Below are positions 10,714-20,604 of a DNA stretch of 64,000 bases, in pieces (within the stretch, counting starts at the first letter, position 1; every line of letters begins with the position of its first letter). Made by a program: the position numbers and the translations under genes. The notes under the pieces were generated by a model, which had not been told where the DNA came from, did not search any database, and worked only from the letters and a program-made list of their open reading frames with translations. Source of the stretch: Candidatus Doudnabacteria bacterium (GTDB taxonomy: Bacteria > Patescibacteriota > Doudnabacteria > UBA920 > 2-01-FULL-46-14); NCBI GenBank assembly GCA_041497195.1, contig JBGQGB010000001.1:279376-343375 (forward strand). Direction: 5' to 3'.

Positions 10714-10769
10714 TCAGGCAATCACAGAATAACGACTGGGCTTGCCTTGGATTTTTTAGGCAAAAATTC

Positions 10770-11078
10770 CTACCGCCAAAACCGCTCTTTTGGCACCCAA
10801 TAATTTCCGTTTTTCAATTTTACCTTGATCCCCTCTGCTTGTAAACGCCTGGCTTGTTCCTGTTTGGGCACACTCAAGTTCTCAATACTAATCATCCCGG
10901 CCGCATTGACCACCCGATGCCAGGGAATCTTAGTCTTGTCTCCTAACCGGCTAAGCGCAATACCCACCAGCCGGGCGGCGCGCGGACTGCCGGCCAGAGC
11001 CGCGATTTGCGAATAACTCGCAACGCGTCCTCTGGGAATTTTTATAACTGCCGAATAGATTTTCTCAAAAAAATTCAT
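10770..11078 (-). CDS. Alkyltransferase-like protein (MGMT family, Trp in place of catalytic Cys)
   Basis: IPRGRVASYSQIA, PRAARLVG, PWHRVV; start moved to MNFFEK. Confidence 0.88.
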   Translation of the reverse strand: MNFFEKIYSAVIKIPRGRVASYSQIAALAGSPRAARLVGIALSRLGDKTKIPWHRVVNAAGMISIENLSVPKQEQARRLQAEGIKVKLKNGNYWVPKERFWR

Positions 11079-11184
11079 TTGCGCGCGCTGTTTGGCTTTA
11101 CTAAAAGCTAGATTTGGTTGTTTTAAAAAAATCATTTGTTGGACACTTCAAAGCTTAAAGGATCAGGCCAACCCAATCCTAGGG

Positions 11185-11820
11185 TTACTTGACCAACCAC
11201 TCCACCAAACGGCCGGAGACAAAAACTTCCACTACGGCCGCCAGGAAAAAAAAGACGGCCAGCAGCGGCAGTATCTGCAAATTTTCCTTGAGACTTTGCT
11301 TCAGATTCCCCCAAACACTTTGGGAGCGATCAGGCTTGAACCAAAAGGAGCCCAATTTCAGACCAAAAGCCGCAGCGATCAAAAACGCCGGCAACTCAAT
11401 GATGCCGTGCGGAAAAATCGACAGGAAAAATATCCCGACCCGCCCAATAGTACCGGTACCGATAAACGCGGCCGCCAGAAATCCGACAATGAAAAAATTG
11501 AGGCTGAGGCTCAGCAGCGGCAGCAGTCCGAAAAAAATGCCCAGAAACATTATCAAGCTTCCCACAGTGAGATTGTTCTCGAAAATCCGCAGAGTGGTGG
11601 GAAAATCGAGACTGAAGCTACTGCTGCCTAAGATGTTCTGGAAAATCCCTTCCAAAAACTCCAAAAACTTCGGCAACAGACCTGGGTCAACCGCATAAGT
11701 AAAAATGCCGATGCCTGCAGACAACAAGGCCCAAGCTGCCGCGCGTTTGAGCCAGATCGCATTTTGGTTCAATAATTTTTGGTAGAAATACCAGAGGACC
11801 ATCATAAAGAGGCCAAGCAA
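11185..11820 (-). CDS. SpoIIM/DUF95 family membrane protein
   Basis: IFENN, PHGIIELPA, AAVVEVFVS; start uncertain (possibly 11805). Confidence 0.85.
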   Translation of the reverse strand: MLGLFMMVLWYFYQKLLNQNAIWLKRAAAWALLSAGIGIFTYAVDPGLLPKFLEFLEGIFQNILGSSSFSLDFPTTLRIFENNLTVGSLIMFLGIFFGLLPLLSLSLNFFIVGFLAAAFIGTGTIGRVGIFFLSIFPHGIIELPAFLIAAAFGLKLGSFWFKPDRSQSVWGNLKQSLKENLQILPLLAVFFFLAAVVEVFVSGRLVEWLVK

Positions 11821-11902
11821 AACCCCATTTGGAAAATGGGGTTCTCACTCATAAACTGCGATGAAACAATCACTCGCATCCGCTCAGTTGACGAAAAAAC
11901 AT

Positions 11903-12568
11903 TTAGCCGCTGGCACAAACCCCGTTGACGCAAGTATCGGGGAAAATGCAATCAAGATTAGTCGTGCAAACCGGCAGAGGCGGTGCCCCGGTATTGCCGC
12001 AACTCCCCTGACCAGTCCCAGCCACACAAGTGCAAGAAGCGGATGAGGCAATCGTGACATTGCACACAAGTCCAGTGGCGCAGCTCCCTGCTGCTGGTGT
12101 GCAAGCTGCCCCCGCGCCGCCCCCGCCGCCGGGACTAGTACTGGTCGCGGTGCTGACTGGCTGAGCCGGAATCGGAGGTATCGGCAAATCCGAAAACGAG
12201 GTCAGGTCAGGATTGATGAGAAAAAGCAAAATGAACGCCACAAAAATAATAATCAGTCCGATAAACGCGCTGGTGAAAGAATCTTTGGCGTTTTCGACTT
12301 GCTGGGAATTGCCCTGGGCGGTCATATACCGGTACCCGGCCAGGACAATCATCAAAAGCGCCAAAAGCGCGCCCAGGCCCAGAGAAAGGGTGTAGATGCC
12401 TTTGATACAGGCGGCTAAACTAGCAGTACCGGTCGTACTAGCCGAACAAGCGGTAATAAAACCAGTGGGTGTCAAGGTGACAGCAGCCGCGACCGTTGGG
12501 TGGAGGGACAAGATTCCAACAACAATCAACAGTAAAATAGCACTGAAATACGACTTTTTGTTTCGCAT
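11903..12568 (-). CDS. TrbC/VirB2-like pilin with Cys-rich C-terminal extension
   Basis: Signal region, IVLAGYRYMTAQGNSQQVENAKDSFTSAFIGLIII...INPDL pilin core; start moved to MRNKK. Confidence 0.8.
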   Translation of the reverse strand: MRNKKSYFSAILLLIVVGILSLHPTVAAAVTLTPTGFITACSASTTGTASLAACIKGIYTLSLGLGALLALLMIVLAGYRYMTAQGNSQQVENAKDSFTSAFIGLIIIFVAFILLFLINPDLTSFSDLPIPPIPAQPVSTATSTSPGGGGGAGAACTPAAGSCATGLVCNVTIASSASCTCVAGTGQGSCGNTGAPPLPVCTTNLDCIFPDTCVNGVCASG

Positions 12569-12691
12569 AATCTCGGTTTTGCTTGGGCTGAATTCGGACG
12601 TGTTCAGTATAGTATATTTCCGCTGTTCTAGCCAAACCTGCGACTTCCCTATCAACCGGGGCCAAACTCCGGAAAAAATTCATATCCTAAC

Positions 12692-12702
12692 TGGTCGGGC
12701 TG
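12692..12702 (-). repeat. 11-bp duplicate of tRNA-Pro 3' end (att-like scar)
   Basis: TGGTCGGGCTG identical to 12816-12826. Confidence 0.6.
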
Positions 12703-12726
12703 TCCTTCGACTTCGCTCAGGACTAG
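12703..12726. repeat. REP-like short element
   Basis: TCCTTCGACTTCGCTCAGGA imperfect palindrome. Confidence 0.55.
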
Positions 12727-12815
12727 CCAATACTTGCAGATATAACCGCCAATTTTGACTACGCTCTGCGGTGAGCTTTTGGCTTCGACCGGGGTCAACT
12801 GAAGTCTCGAGTTAT

Positions 12816-12889
12816 TGGTCGGGCTGCTGGGAATTGAACCCAGTCTACCTGCTCCCAAAGCAGGCGTACTACCGGTATACGACAGCCCG
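12816..12889 (-). tRNA. tRNA-Pro(TGG)
   Basis: CGGGCTG acceptor, CCTGC-TTTGGGA-GCAGG, encoded CCA. Confidence 0.95.
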
Positions 12890-13001
12890 AGGAAACTCAA
12901 CAAGCAGAAATTAAAACTCCTAAACCATTCCTGCAAAAAGCGATAAACCCCCAAGTTCATGGGGGTTTATCGAAAAAGTCATTGCAAAATTCACTGCAAG
13001 A

Positions 13002-13283
13002 TTATGAGCCGCGGACTGCATCCTTGAGGCCTTTGCCAGCTTTGAACTTCGGCACCTTGGTGGCTGCAATCTGGATTTTCTGGGTTGGGTTCTGCGGGTT
13101 CACGCCAGTTCTGGCGGCCCGGTTGGACACTGAAAAACTGCCGAAACCGGTGAGGGTGACCTCACCGCCCTTTTTGAGCTCTTCGGTGACAATATCAATC
13201 ACAGCGCCGACAATCTTTTCGGCTTCGGCTTTGCCCATTGCCGTCTTGGTTGCGACTGTTTCTATAAGTTCCATTTTATTCAT
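13002..13283 (-). CDS. hup: DNA-binding protein HU
   Basis: MNKMELI, GFGSF, ARTGVNPQ, PKFKAGKGLKDAV. Confidence 0.96.
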   Translation of the reverse strand: MNKMELIETVATKTAMGKAEAEKIVGAVIDIVTEELKKGGEVTLTGFGSFSVSNRAARTGVNPQNPTQKIQIAATKVPKFKAGKGLKDAVRGS

Positions 13284-13444
13284 GTAGCTATCCTTTCTTT
13301 TTGAATTAATACTTATTTTGGCTTAATTATAGCATTTTCCTTTTCGCTGGCAAGTATTTTGGCTTTTTTATGAGCAAAAACCTGCCGGAGGGGGCTGGTT
13401 AACGTATAAAAAGCGCTAAGGTAAGGCAAAAAAATACTGGGGCC

Positions 13445-13915
13445 CTAAGTTGCCTGGATTGGGGCATTTTCCGAATTGGGGCTTTCTTTTGCGACTTTTC
13501 CGGCTTCTTCCATTTGCCGGTAAAGAGTGCCCAAAACCCCGTTGACAAACTTGCCGGAAGACTCGCCGCCAAAAGTTTTACCCAATTCCACCGCCTCGTT
13601 GATCGCCACCTTCGGGGGCACTTCTTTGCTGAATTGCATTTCGCAAATCCCGATGCGTAAAATATTCCGATCAGTCACGGTGATCTGATCCAGGGGCCAC
13701 TCCGGCGCGGTTTTCTCTATGAGCGCATCGATTTCTACTTGGTTTTGCTTGACCCCATTGACCAAATCATAGATAAATTTCGGATCGCCGATACCGGGGG
13801 CGAAATTGGCGATATTGCGCTCCGTAATTTTTTCGAGGTCTCCCCTGCCGCCGTTAAAGTCCCATTCGTATAGGGACTGCATGGCAACGGTTCGGCTGAG
13901 GTGACGATTAGCCAT
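13445..13915 (-). CDS. nusB: Transcription antitermination factor NusB
   Basis: [39 protein letters not shown]. Confidence 0.96.
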   Translation of the reverse strand: MANRHLSRTVAMQSLYEWDFNGGRGDLEKITERNIANFAPGIGDPKFIYDLVNGVKQNQVEIDALIEKTAPEWPLDQITVTDRNILRIGICEMQFSKEVPPKVAINEAVELGKTFGGESSGKFVNGVLGTLYRQMEEAGKVAKESPNSENAPIQAT

Positions 13916-13916
13916 G

Positions 13917-14114
13917 TTATTTCGCGGCCTTCGCGGCTACCGCGGTGCCAATGACTGGCCGGCCGCGGTAGTAGCCGCAGGTCGGGCAGACGTCATGCGG
14001 CCGCACCGGACTGCCGCAATTTTTGCATTTGGCCAACTGAATTTTGGCAAGACTGTGATGCGACCGGCGCTGATTGCGTTCGCTCTTGGTTTTGCGTTGT
14101 CTGGGGACGCCCAT
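13917..14114 (-). CDS. rpmF: 50S ribosomal protein L32
   Basis: [33 protein letters not shown]; start moved to 14114. Confidence 0.95.
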   Translation of the reverse strand: MGVPRQRKTKSERNQRRSHHSLAKIQLAKCKNCGSPVRPHDVCPTCGYYRGRPVIGTAVAAKAAK

Positions 14115-14164
14115 ATTTAGGATGAAAAAATCTAATGATACTTCGTGTATTATATCCAAAAGCC

Positions 14165-14199
14165 AAAAAAAAGCAAGCCGGCAAAGGCTTACTTTTTTT
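14165..14199. terminator. Intrinsic terminator ending the 14.2-16.2 kb unit
   Basis: GTAAGCC/GGCTTGC stem followed by T-tract on minus; T-tract also on plus. Confidence 0.7.
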
Positions 14200-14204
14200 G
14201 TTTA

Positions 14205-14338
14205 CCACTTCAGCTGCCAAGGAACCTCGTACAGGAGAATCCCGAAATTGCTTTCGGGAAACGAGTAATGAATTACCTTAGCGGACAGTTCTTGCGAACG
14301 ATTACGCTGGGATAATCTATCCTTGACAGCTGAAGTGG
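14205..14338 (-). ncRNA. Unassigned structured RNA (multibranch, two GCAA tetraloops)
   Basis: 19-bp closing stem with a G-U pair favouring minus strand; GTTC-GCAA-GAAC and TCCCGAAA-GCAA-TTTCGGGA. Confidence 0.55.
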
Positions 14339-14398
14339 GGGAACCGAAAGACAGTGTTGAGCTGTACATATCGGTTCCCGATTGGGGTGCTGAGGGGG

Positions 14399-14848
14399 TC
14401 AGGAGTGAAAAAAACTCGATTTGCCGTGGCTGGGAGTCAGCTCCTCGAGTCGCCGCGCAACGAGGCGGGCGTTCCGGCGGGCGGGAGAAAAATATCGAAT
14501 TACGTCAACCACCACGCCAACGACCCCTCCCACCAGAACTGCGAGCAATAGCGAGCGCCCCGGCCCGTGCGGCCACTGGCGACGAAACACCAACTCACCG
14601 ATTGCATAGAGCAGTGGAACCGCCAGGGTAAACGCGAACCCGCGGATCAGAGTTTTGAGATACGTGCCGAACATCCGGACAAAATCAATGGCAAGGCCGA
14701 TTACAGCGCCGGCCGCAGCCATCAGGCAGAGCCTTACCCATTTTTCCGCTCCCTGGCCAAAATCGCCAAAGAGTCCGACGGCCGCGAAGCACACCGGCAA
14801 TAAAATCGCAAAGGTTAAAACCTTCATGACTTCCCTCAGTTTGAGCAT
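14399..14848 (-). CDS. Orphan membrane protein, about 4 TM
   Basis: AAGGAGGAG SD before ATG at 14848; four hydrophobic segments. Confidence 0.7.
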   Translation of the reverse strand: MLKLREVMKVLTFAILLPVCFAAVGLFGDFGQGAEKWVRLCLMAAAGAVIGLAIDFVRMFGTYLKTLIRGFAFTLAVPLLYAIGELVFRRQWPHGPGRSLLLAVLVGGVVGVVVDVIRYFSPARRNARLVARRLEELTPSHGKSSFFHS

Positions 14849-15015
14849 TTGATCTCCTCCTTGGAGATTGTGACAACATAGGAACCTTATCATTCTAGGT
14901 TCCCACCATTCTGGGTGCAATCCCTCCGGAAGATATGGGCGCTAATAAAAAATATTAACCCTCTCCGGTAAGGTACTTTGATTAGCACCCAGAATGGTGG
15001 GGGCAAGGACGTCGC

Positions 15016-15225
15016 TCATTTTTGAGTGATGTCCTTGCCGGTAAAAAGTGAACGTTGACGCGGACCCCGCCTGGCAATACTTTCCCAGATGTGATTCTCT
15101 TTATCCGGAGCTCCTTTGAGCTCCTCAAAAAATTGAATCGCATCTGCCGGGCTGAGCTGCGCTGGAAAAAAAAGAAGTGCAAGCTGGCATCTAACGGACA
15201 ACTCCTTTTCCCTATTCTTTCTCAA
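15016..15225 (-). CDS. Small orphan protein
   Basis: AAGGAGG SD 5 nt before in-frame TTG. Confidence 0.45.
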   Translation of the reverse strand: MRKNREKELSVRCQLALLFFPAQLSPADAIQFFEELKGAPDKENHIWESIARRGPRQRSLFTGKDITQK

Positions 15226-15426
15226 TGAAGCCTCCTTCATGTTCCGAACTCCGAAATTCACAAATCTAAGATTCACAAACTCTGGAGTGCGGGCGGGAGA
15301 TGAGAAAAAATTTCTTTCACTCCCGCCTTATAAATTCTACCCTGAATCGTCCGGGTTATGAAGTATGAGCGGACGATTCTCTCAGTATCATTCACTGAGC
15401 CGCTAGGATTTTAGCGGATCAAGAAA

Positions 15427-15780
15427 TCACATCACGAAGGGCCTGGCATCACCTCGCAGGAAACGCCCATAATTCCTGTGGTATTGTGCCGAAGTCGTGC
15501 CCATCGACGCCCAATCGCGAACCATTCTCTTCAGGGGATCGCGGGATCGCGGGATCGGGCTTGTCCGTGCTCTCCCGCTTGCCAGGAAAAATTTGACGAG
15601 GCGAGGGGCCTGCCGACGTTGCTCGCTCTCTTCGAGGTTGGAAAAAAAGGTAGTCAGCAGCTCCATTGCCTGGGGATTGAAGCTTGCTGGATCGAGGTTG
15701 AGGTTACCGCGCGAGGTATGAATCTTGCGCGGACGTGTGCTTTGCGCATTCCACCGATTGTAACTCGAAATGCTCACCAT
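15427..15780 (-). CDS. Basic orphan protein (117 aa)
   Basis: AAGGGGG SD before ATG (MVSISSYN); Arg-rich. Confidence 0.55.
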   Translation of the reverse strand: MVSISSYNRWNAQSTRPRKIHTSRGNLNLDPASFNPQAMELLTTFFSNLEESEQRRQAPRLVKFFLASGRARTSPIPRSRDPLKRMVRDWASMGTTSAQYHRNYGRFLRGDARPFVM

Positions 15781-16170
15781 CAGGACCCCCTTAGTCAATT
15801 TGACTCCATGGCCCGAACTTCCGAAAACAATCCTGGGTACTACACAATTGACTGGATGCAAGGATGAGAGTCTATAGGTTTGAAGGCCAAAAAATAAATT
15901 TAAGTGCCTCTCCTGTTATAGGCTCTCAACTCTGCATCCTGGTAGCAGCCAAAATTGTTTCCGGAAGTTATATGGGTCATCCTCCTTCGCTAAAGCCATG
16001 GAAGGATGCCGCTTCGCGGCAAAAAACAAAGACCCACAAGAAATTTTGGAAAGAACAAGTTTATCAAAACTCTGCGGGTCTTGGTTCTGACAGCAAAAAT
16101 CTCCTGTAAACCTTTGCCATCAAGAAATATGCAATTTTTCAAAGAAATCCATTACAACCAATAACCACAC

Positions 16171-16199
16171 AGACTAGCAAAAAAGAGCCTTTTTGTCAA
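16171..16199 (-). promoter_or_regulatory. Sigma70 promoter followed by boxA-like TTCTTTGAAAAA (16135-16146)
   Basis: TTGACA-17-TAGTCT with extended TGn. Confidence 0.65.
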
Positions 16200-16239
16200 G
16201 ACTCTCGTGAACAATTTGGTCAAATTAAAAACCGCCCTT

Positions 16240-17430
16240 TCAGGCGATTTTGGCCAATTTCTTGATTTCTTTGACTTTATCCAGCCGCTCCCAGGGAAGA
16301 TTCAAATCATTGCGGCCGAAATGCCCGTAGGCGGCGACTTGGCGATAAATCGGGCGGCGCAAATTGAGATTTTTGATAATCATGCCCGGCCTCAGATCAA
16401 ACACTTGATTGATGATTCCAACAATTGCGTCCTCGGCAATTTTGCCAGTCCCGTAAGTATCCACGCGCACGGACAGAGGCTCAGGCACGCCAATGGCGTA
16501 GGCAATCTGCACTTCCAACCGTTTCGCCACCCCGGCGGCGACCAAATTTTTCGCCACATACCGGGCCATGTAGCTGCCGGAGCGGTCGACCTTGGATGGA
16601 TCTTTACCGGAAAAACAGCCGCCGCCGTGCCGGCCCCAGCCGCCGTACGTGTCGACGATAATTTTCCGGCCAGTCAATCCGGTATCTGCTTGGGGGCCGC
16701 CTCTGACGAACCGGCCCGTGGAATTGACCAGGATTTTTGTGTTTTTGTCCAGCAAGTTTTTGGGTATGACTTTTTGGATGACGTGCTTGATGATTTCACT
16801 CTTCAGTCTATCCGGATCAATCTCGGGATCGTGCTGGGCCGCGATCAAGACGGTGTGGACTCGTTTCGGCCTGTCCCCATTGTACTCGACTGTGACTTGA
16901 GATTTTCCGTCCGGGCGGAGACCTTTGACAGTACCGGTCTTGCGGGCAAGTGCTAGGCGGTGGACGAGCTTGTGCGCCAGGATAATCGGCAGCGGCATGT
17001 ATTCTTTGGTCTCATTAGTAGCATAACCAAACATCAAACCCTGGTCGCCAGCACCAAGTTTACTCAAATCCTCTTTGATAATCTCCCCGCCTTTGCTTTT
17101 CTCGTAGGAATCCACCCCGCGGGCAATGTCTCCAGATTGTTCCTGAATCGCTACCATCACGCCCGAAGTTTCCCATTGAAACCCATACTCGGCATTGGTG
17201 TAGCCGATGTCTTTGACCACCTGCCGCACGATTTTCGGGATATCAACATAAGTTTTGGTGGTAATCTCCCCGGCCACCACGCAAATCCCGTTGGTCACCA
17301 GCGCCTCCACGGCCACGCGGCCGCGCGGGTCGGCTGTGAGGACTGCATCCAAAATCGCGTCGGAAATTTGATCGCAGACCTTATCCGGATGTCCCTCCGT
17401 CACTGACTCGGAAGTAAAAAGTTTTTTCAT
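16240..17430 (-). CDS. metK: S-adenosylmethionine synthetase
   Basis: [41 protein letters not shown]. Confidence 0.98.
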   Translation of the reverse strand: MKKLFTSESVTEGHPDKVCDQISDAILDAVLTADPRGRVAVEALVTNGICVVAGEITTKTYVDIPKIVRQVVKDIGYTNAEYGFQWETSGVMVAIQEQSGDIARGVDSYEKSKGGEIIKEDLSKLGAGDQGLMFGYATNETKEYMPLPIILAHKLVHRLALARKTGTVKGLRPDGKSQVTVEYNGDRPKRVHTVLIAAQHDPEIDPDRLKSEIIKHVIQKVIPKNLLDKNTKILVNSTGRFVRGGPQADTGLTGRKIIVDTYGGWGRHGGGCFSGKDPSKVDRSGSYMARYVAKNLVAAGVAKRLEVQIAYAIGVPEPLSVRVDTYGTGKIAEDAIVGIINQVFDLRPGMIIKNLNLRRPIYRQVAAYGHFGRNDLNLPWERLDKVKEIKKLAKIA

Positions 17431-17519
17431 AAACCTAATGATATCAGGAGCCCCCTGAGATGTAAACAACCCCCTTGACCGGGGGCTGTTTTGAATTCGT
17501 ACTTTTGAATTGGAAAATT

Positions 17520-19172
17520 TTAGTAGTCCACTGGGGGCATACCGCCACCGCCGGTTTCTTTCTTGTCTTCAGGCAGATCGACAATCACCGCCTCAGTAGT
17601 GAGAAGCGTGCCAGCCACTGACGCCGCGTTTTCCAGAGCCAAACGGGCCACCTTCAACGGGTCAATAATTCCCGCGCCAAACATATCCACCATCTCCTGT
17701 TTACGGCCCAGAACTTGGGAAAAATCAAAGCCGCGCGGTCCGGAGTCGTTTTTGACTTGTTCCACCAGGGACCGCGGATCCTCTATCCCGGCATTTTGCG
17801 CCATCACTGTCATCGGCGCTAGGAGAGCTTTGCGGACGATCTCGTAAGCAGCTTTGTCTTCTCCCTCCAGATGCTCTAGCTTTTCCTCCAAAACGTTCAC
17901 AGCTTTGACCAAAGCCGCGCCCCCGCCCGGAATAATCCCTTCTTCCACAGCCGCGCGCGTCGCACTGAGGGCGTCTTCGATCTTGGATTTACGATTCTTC
18001 ATTTCCGTCTCGGTCGGCGCGCCGACTTTGATGACGCCGACGCCACCCGCTAATTTCGCCAGCCGCTCTTGCAGCTTTTCCTTGTCAAACTCCGAAGTCG
18101 TCACTTCGAGCTCTTTGCGGATTTGCGCGATCCGAGCGGCAATCGCCTGCTTGTCGCCATTGCCTTGGACAATGGTGGTATGTTCCTTGGTGGCAATGAT
18201 TTTGCGGGCGCGGCCCAAATGCTCCGCCTTGGCACTCTCCAGCTTCAGCCCCAAATCCTGAGAAACGACCTGACCGCCGGTGAGAGTGGCAATATCCTGC
18301 AAGAGATCCTTGCGCCGGTCGCCAAACCCGGGCGCTTTGACGGCCAGGACGTTGAAGGTACCGCGAATTTTATTGACGATGAAAGTGGCGAGCGCTTCAC
18401 CCTCGATCTCGTCCGCGATGACGACCAAGTCCTTCTTGCCGCTTTGGGCCAGACTCTCCAGCAAGGGTAAAATCTCCGAAACCGAAGAAATTTTCTGATC
18501 TGTGACCAAAATCGCCGGATCTTCCCAAACCGCTTCCATGCGGTCGGGATTCGTAATCATATAATGCGACACAAAACCCTTGTCGAAACGCATGCCTTTC
18601 ACAACTTCTTTTTCGATCCCGATGGTCTGCCCTTCTTCGACGGTAATGACGCCATCGTGGCCGACCTCGTGGATGGCTTCGGAAATGAGTTTGCCGACCT
18701 CGGGATCCAGCGAAGCAATGGTGGCGACCTGGGCGACTTCGTCCCGGGTCTTGATGTCTTTTTTCATGCGCTTGAGCGCCCCGACCACGTCTTTGACTGC
18801 TTCCCCGATGGCATGCCGTAACCGCACCGGATTGTGATTGGCTCGACTGTCAGTGAGCATCCGCATCCCCTCATCAATCATGCTTTGAGCCAGCACGGTG
18901 GCAGTAGTGGTGCCATCGCCAGCTTCGTCGTTGGTCTTGTTGGCCACTTCCTGAATGAGGGAAGCGCCGACGTTTTCAAATTTATTTTTGAGTTCAAATT
19001 CTTTCGCCACGGTGACGCCGTCATCAGTGATGATCGGCGAACCGAAACCGCGGTCAATCACCACAGCGCGGCCTTTGGGACCGAGGGTGACTTTGACTGC
19101 GGCGGCGATTTTGTCGACACCAGCCTGGATGGCTGCCCGCGCTTCGGCGCTATATTTGATATCTTTGGCCAT
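17520..19172 (-). CDS. groL: Chaperonin GroEL
   Basis: [27 protein letters not shown]. Confidence 0.98.
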   Translation of the reverse strand: MAKDIKYSAEARAAIQAGVDKIAAAVKVTLGPKGRAVVIDRGFGSPIITDDGVTVAKEFELKNKFENVGASLIQEVANKTNDEAGDGTTTATVLAQSMIDEGMRMLTDSRANHNPVRLRHAIGEAVKDVVGALKRMKKDIKTRDEVAQVATIASLDPEVGKLISEAIHEVGHDGVITVEEGQTIGIEKEVVKGMRFDKGFVSHYMITNPDRMEAVWEDPAILVTDQKISSVSEILPLLESLAQSGKKDLVVIADEIEGEALATFIVNKIRGTFNVLAVKAPGFGDRRKDLLQDIATLTGGQVVSQDLGLKLESAKAEHLGRARKIIATKEHTTIVQGNGDKQAIAARIAQIRKELEVTTSEFDKEKLQERLAKLAGGVGVIKVGAPTETEMKNRKSKIEDALSATRAAVEEGIIPGGGAALVKAVNVLEEKLEHLEGEDKAAYEIVRKALLAPMTVMAQNAGIEDPRSLVEQVKNDSGPRGFDFSQVLGRKQEMVDMFGAGIIDPLKVARLALENAASVAGTLLTTEAVIVDLPEDKKETGGGGMPPVDY

Positions 19173-19194
19173 GATAAACTCCTCTGCTGATTAA

Positions 19195-19473
19195 TTATTT
19201 CTCGACAATCCCCAGGACATCTTCATCCTTGAGGAATTTGTATTGAACTTTGTCAATTTCGATTTCTTCCCCGCCGTATTTGCCAAACACTACGGTCTGG
19301 CCGACTTTCAGATGGAGCTTTTTAATCTTATCACCCGCCCCCAGGGCGATGACTTCACCCTGCTCTTTTTGCTCTTTCTCCGCGCTCTCCGGCAAGACAA
19401 TCCCGGATTTGGTGACTTCTTCGCCGACGTATGGTTTGACCAGAATGCGGTCTCCCAATGGTTTGATTTTCAT
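19195..19473 (-). CDS. groS: Co-chaperonin GroES
   Basis: IKPLGDRILVK, TKSGIVLP, KYGG. Confidence 0.97.
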   Translation of the reverse strand: MKIKPLGDRILVKPYVGEEVTKSGIVLPESAEKEQKEQGEVIALGAGDKIKKLHLKVGQTVVFGKYGGEEIEIDKVQYKFLKDEDVLGIVEK

Positions 19474-19631
19474 AGGTTTCTCTTTGAAAAAATTAAGAAT
19501 AATTTTTTGGTTTACCCTGCTCCAATCCTAACTATGAATATGCTATGTACCAGTCGTAGCGGCAGCGATGTCCGCGCTTCGCGCTAATTTTACTCAAGCA
19601 AAACGTAACTGGGATTGGGGCGGGGTGAAAA

Positions 19632-19703
19632 AAAGCACCCAAACGCTTCAGTGCTTTCATCCCTCTTGAAATTAAATTATAGGTGAATTGGCCGGCCTGT
19701 CAA
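19632..19703 (-). promoter_or_regulatory. groESL promoter with degenerate CIRCE-like inverted repeat
   Basis: TTGACA-16-TATAAT; AAAGCACCC-N8-CAGTGCTTT (spacer one short of CIRCE). Confidence 0.5.
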
Positions 19704-20590
19704 GAGCGGGAAAACCCCTGCAACCGGTTTTGAAACCTGGCCAAAACCTTCTGGCCGCGGCTGCCGGGGTGAAACGACAGCTGCATGTCGGAAACAATAA
19801 TGTAATCCTGGAGCTTGATGCGCCGCTTTTGATAAACCCCGGCAATCCAGTTCAGGAGCGGTCCGATGGTAAAATCGAGGACCAATTCCAAAGGCCGCTG
19901 CAGCCGGCTAAACTTGAATTCAAAAAATGGGACCTGCTTTTGCAAAACCGGCTCGTGTAAAAACTCCCGCAACCACTCGTTCGTCTGCCAAAATTGCTGC
20001 ACGACTTCCTGCCCGAGCACTGGCAGCAGACTGGCGTACTCAATCGCGGTATAAAGATTTTTGTCCTGAGTAATGGTGGTGCCAGCGCATAAATAATGGT
20101 TTAGACAAAATCGATTCTGAATGTGCAAACTGTAGCGGCGCTGCCCCAAAACCTGAAAATAAAACGAAACGAGCAAACGCGCCAGCCAAATCCGGTTCTT
20201 TTGGGTAATCACAAACAAATCAATATCCGATTGGGTATTGCTATTCAGTAGCGCCTGCGAGCCGGACAAACTCACGGCCCGTAAATAGGGAAAAAAACGC
20301 AGCCAGTACAAAAATCGGCGGGCTTTGCGGAACCGGCGCAGGGAAATTTTGTAGCGCTCCTGGCGAATGCGCAATAGCTCCTGCCGACCACGCAAAAAAT
20401 AAAACCCGCTCTGCGAATCCACCATGTCCTTTAGCTCAGTCTCGAAAACGGACAGCAAAGTAGAGAAGGAAATGTCCTGGGGTAAATTTTTTGCCACCAG
20501 ATAGGCCCGGACCTCGGTCAAAGTGAGGGGAATGTCCTGGGCGTCAAAAAAGCTCAAAGTTTCGCGCGCACTCTCGGCCAACGGGGTCAT
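19700..20590 (-). CDS. Pol-beta-type nucleotidyltransferase domain protein
   Basis: SGSQA...SDIDLFVI motif. Confidence 0.65.
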   Translation of the reverse strand: MTPLAESARETLSFFDAQDIPLTLTEVRAYLVAKNLPQDISFSTLLSVFETELKDMVDSQSGFYFLRGRQELLRIRQERYKISLRRFRKARRFLYWLRFFPYLRAVSLSGSQALLNSNTQSDIDLFVITQKNRIWLARLLVSFYFQVLGQRRYSLHIQNRFCLNHYLCAGTTITQDKNLYTAIEYASLLPVLGQEVVQQFWQTNEWLREFLHEPVLQKQVPFFEFKFSRLQRPLELVLDFTIGPLLNWIAGVYQKRRIKLQDYIIVSDMQLSFHPGSRGQKVLARFQNRLQGFSRS

Positions 20591-20604
20591 GTCTGAAAAA
20601 AAAG

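Noticed and set aside
12652-12960. 102-aa ORF
   Set aside because: Spans tRNA-Pro and a REP-like element; spurious. Likewise 10517-10699 and 10597-10803 over tRNA-Gly.
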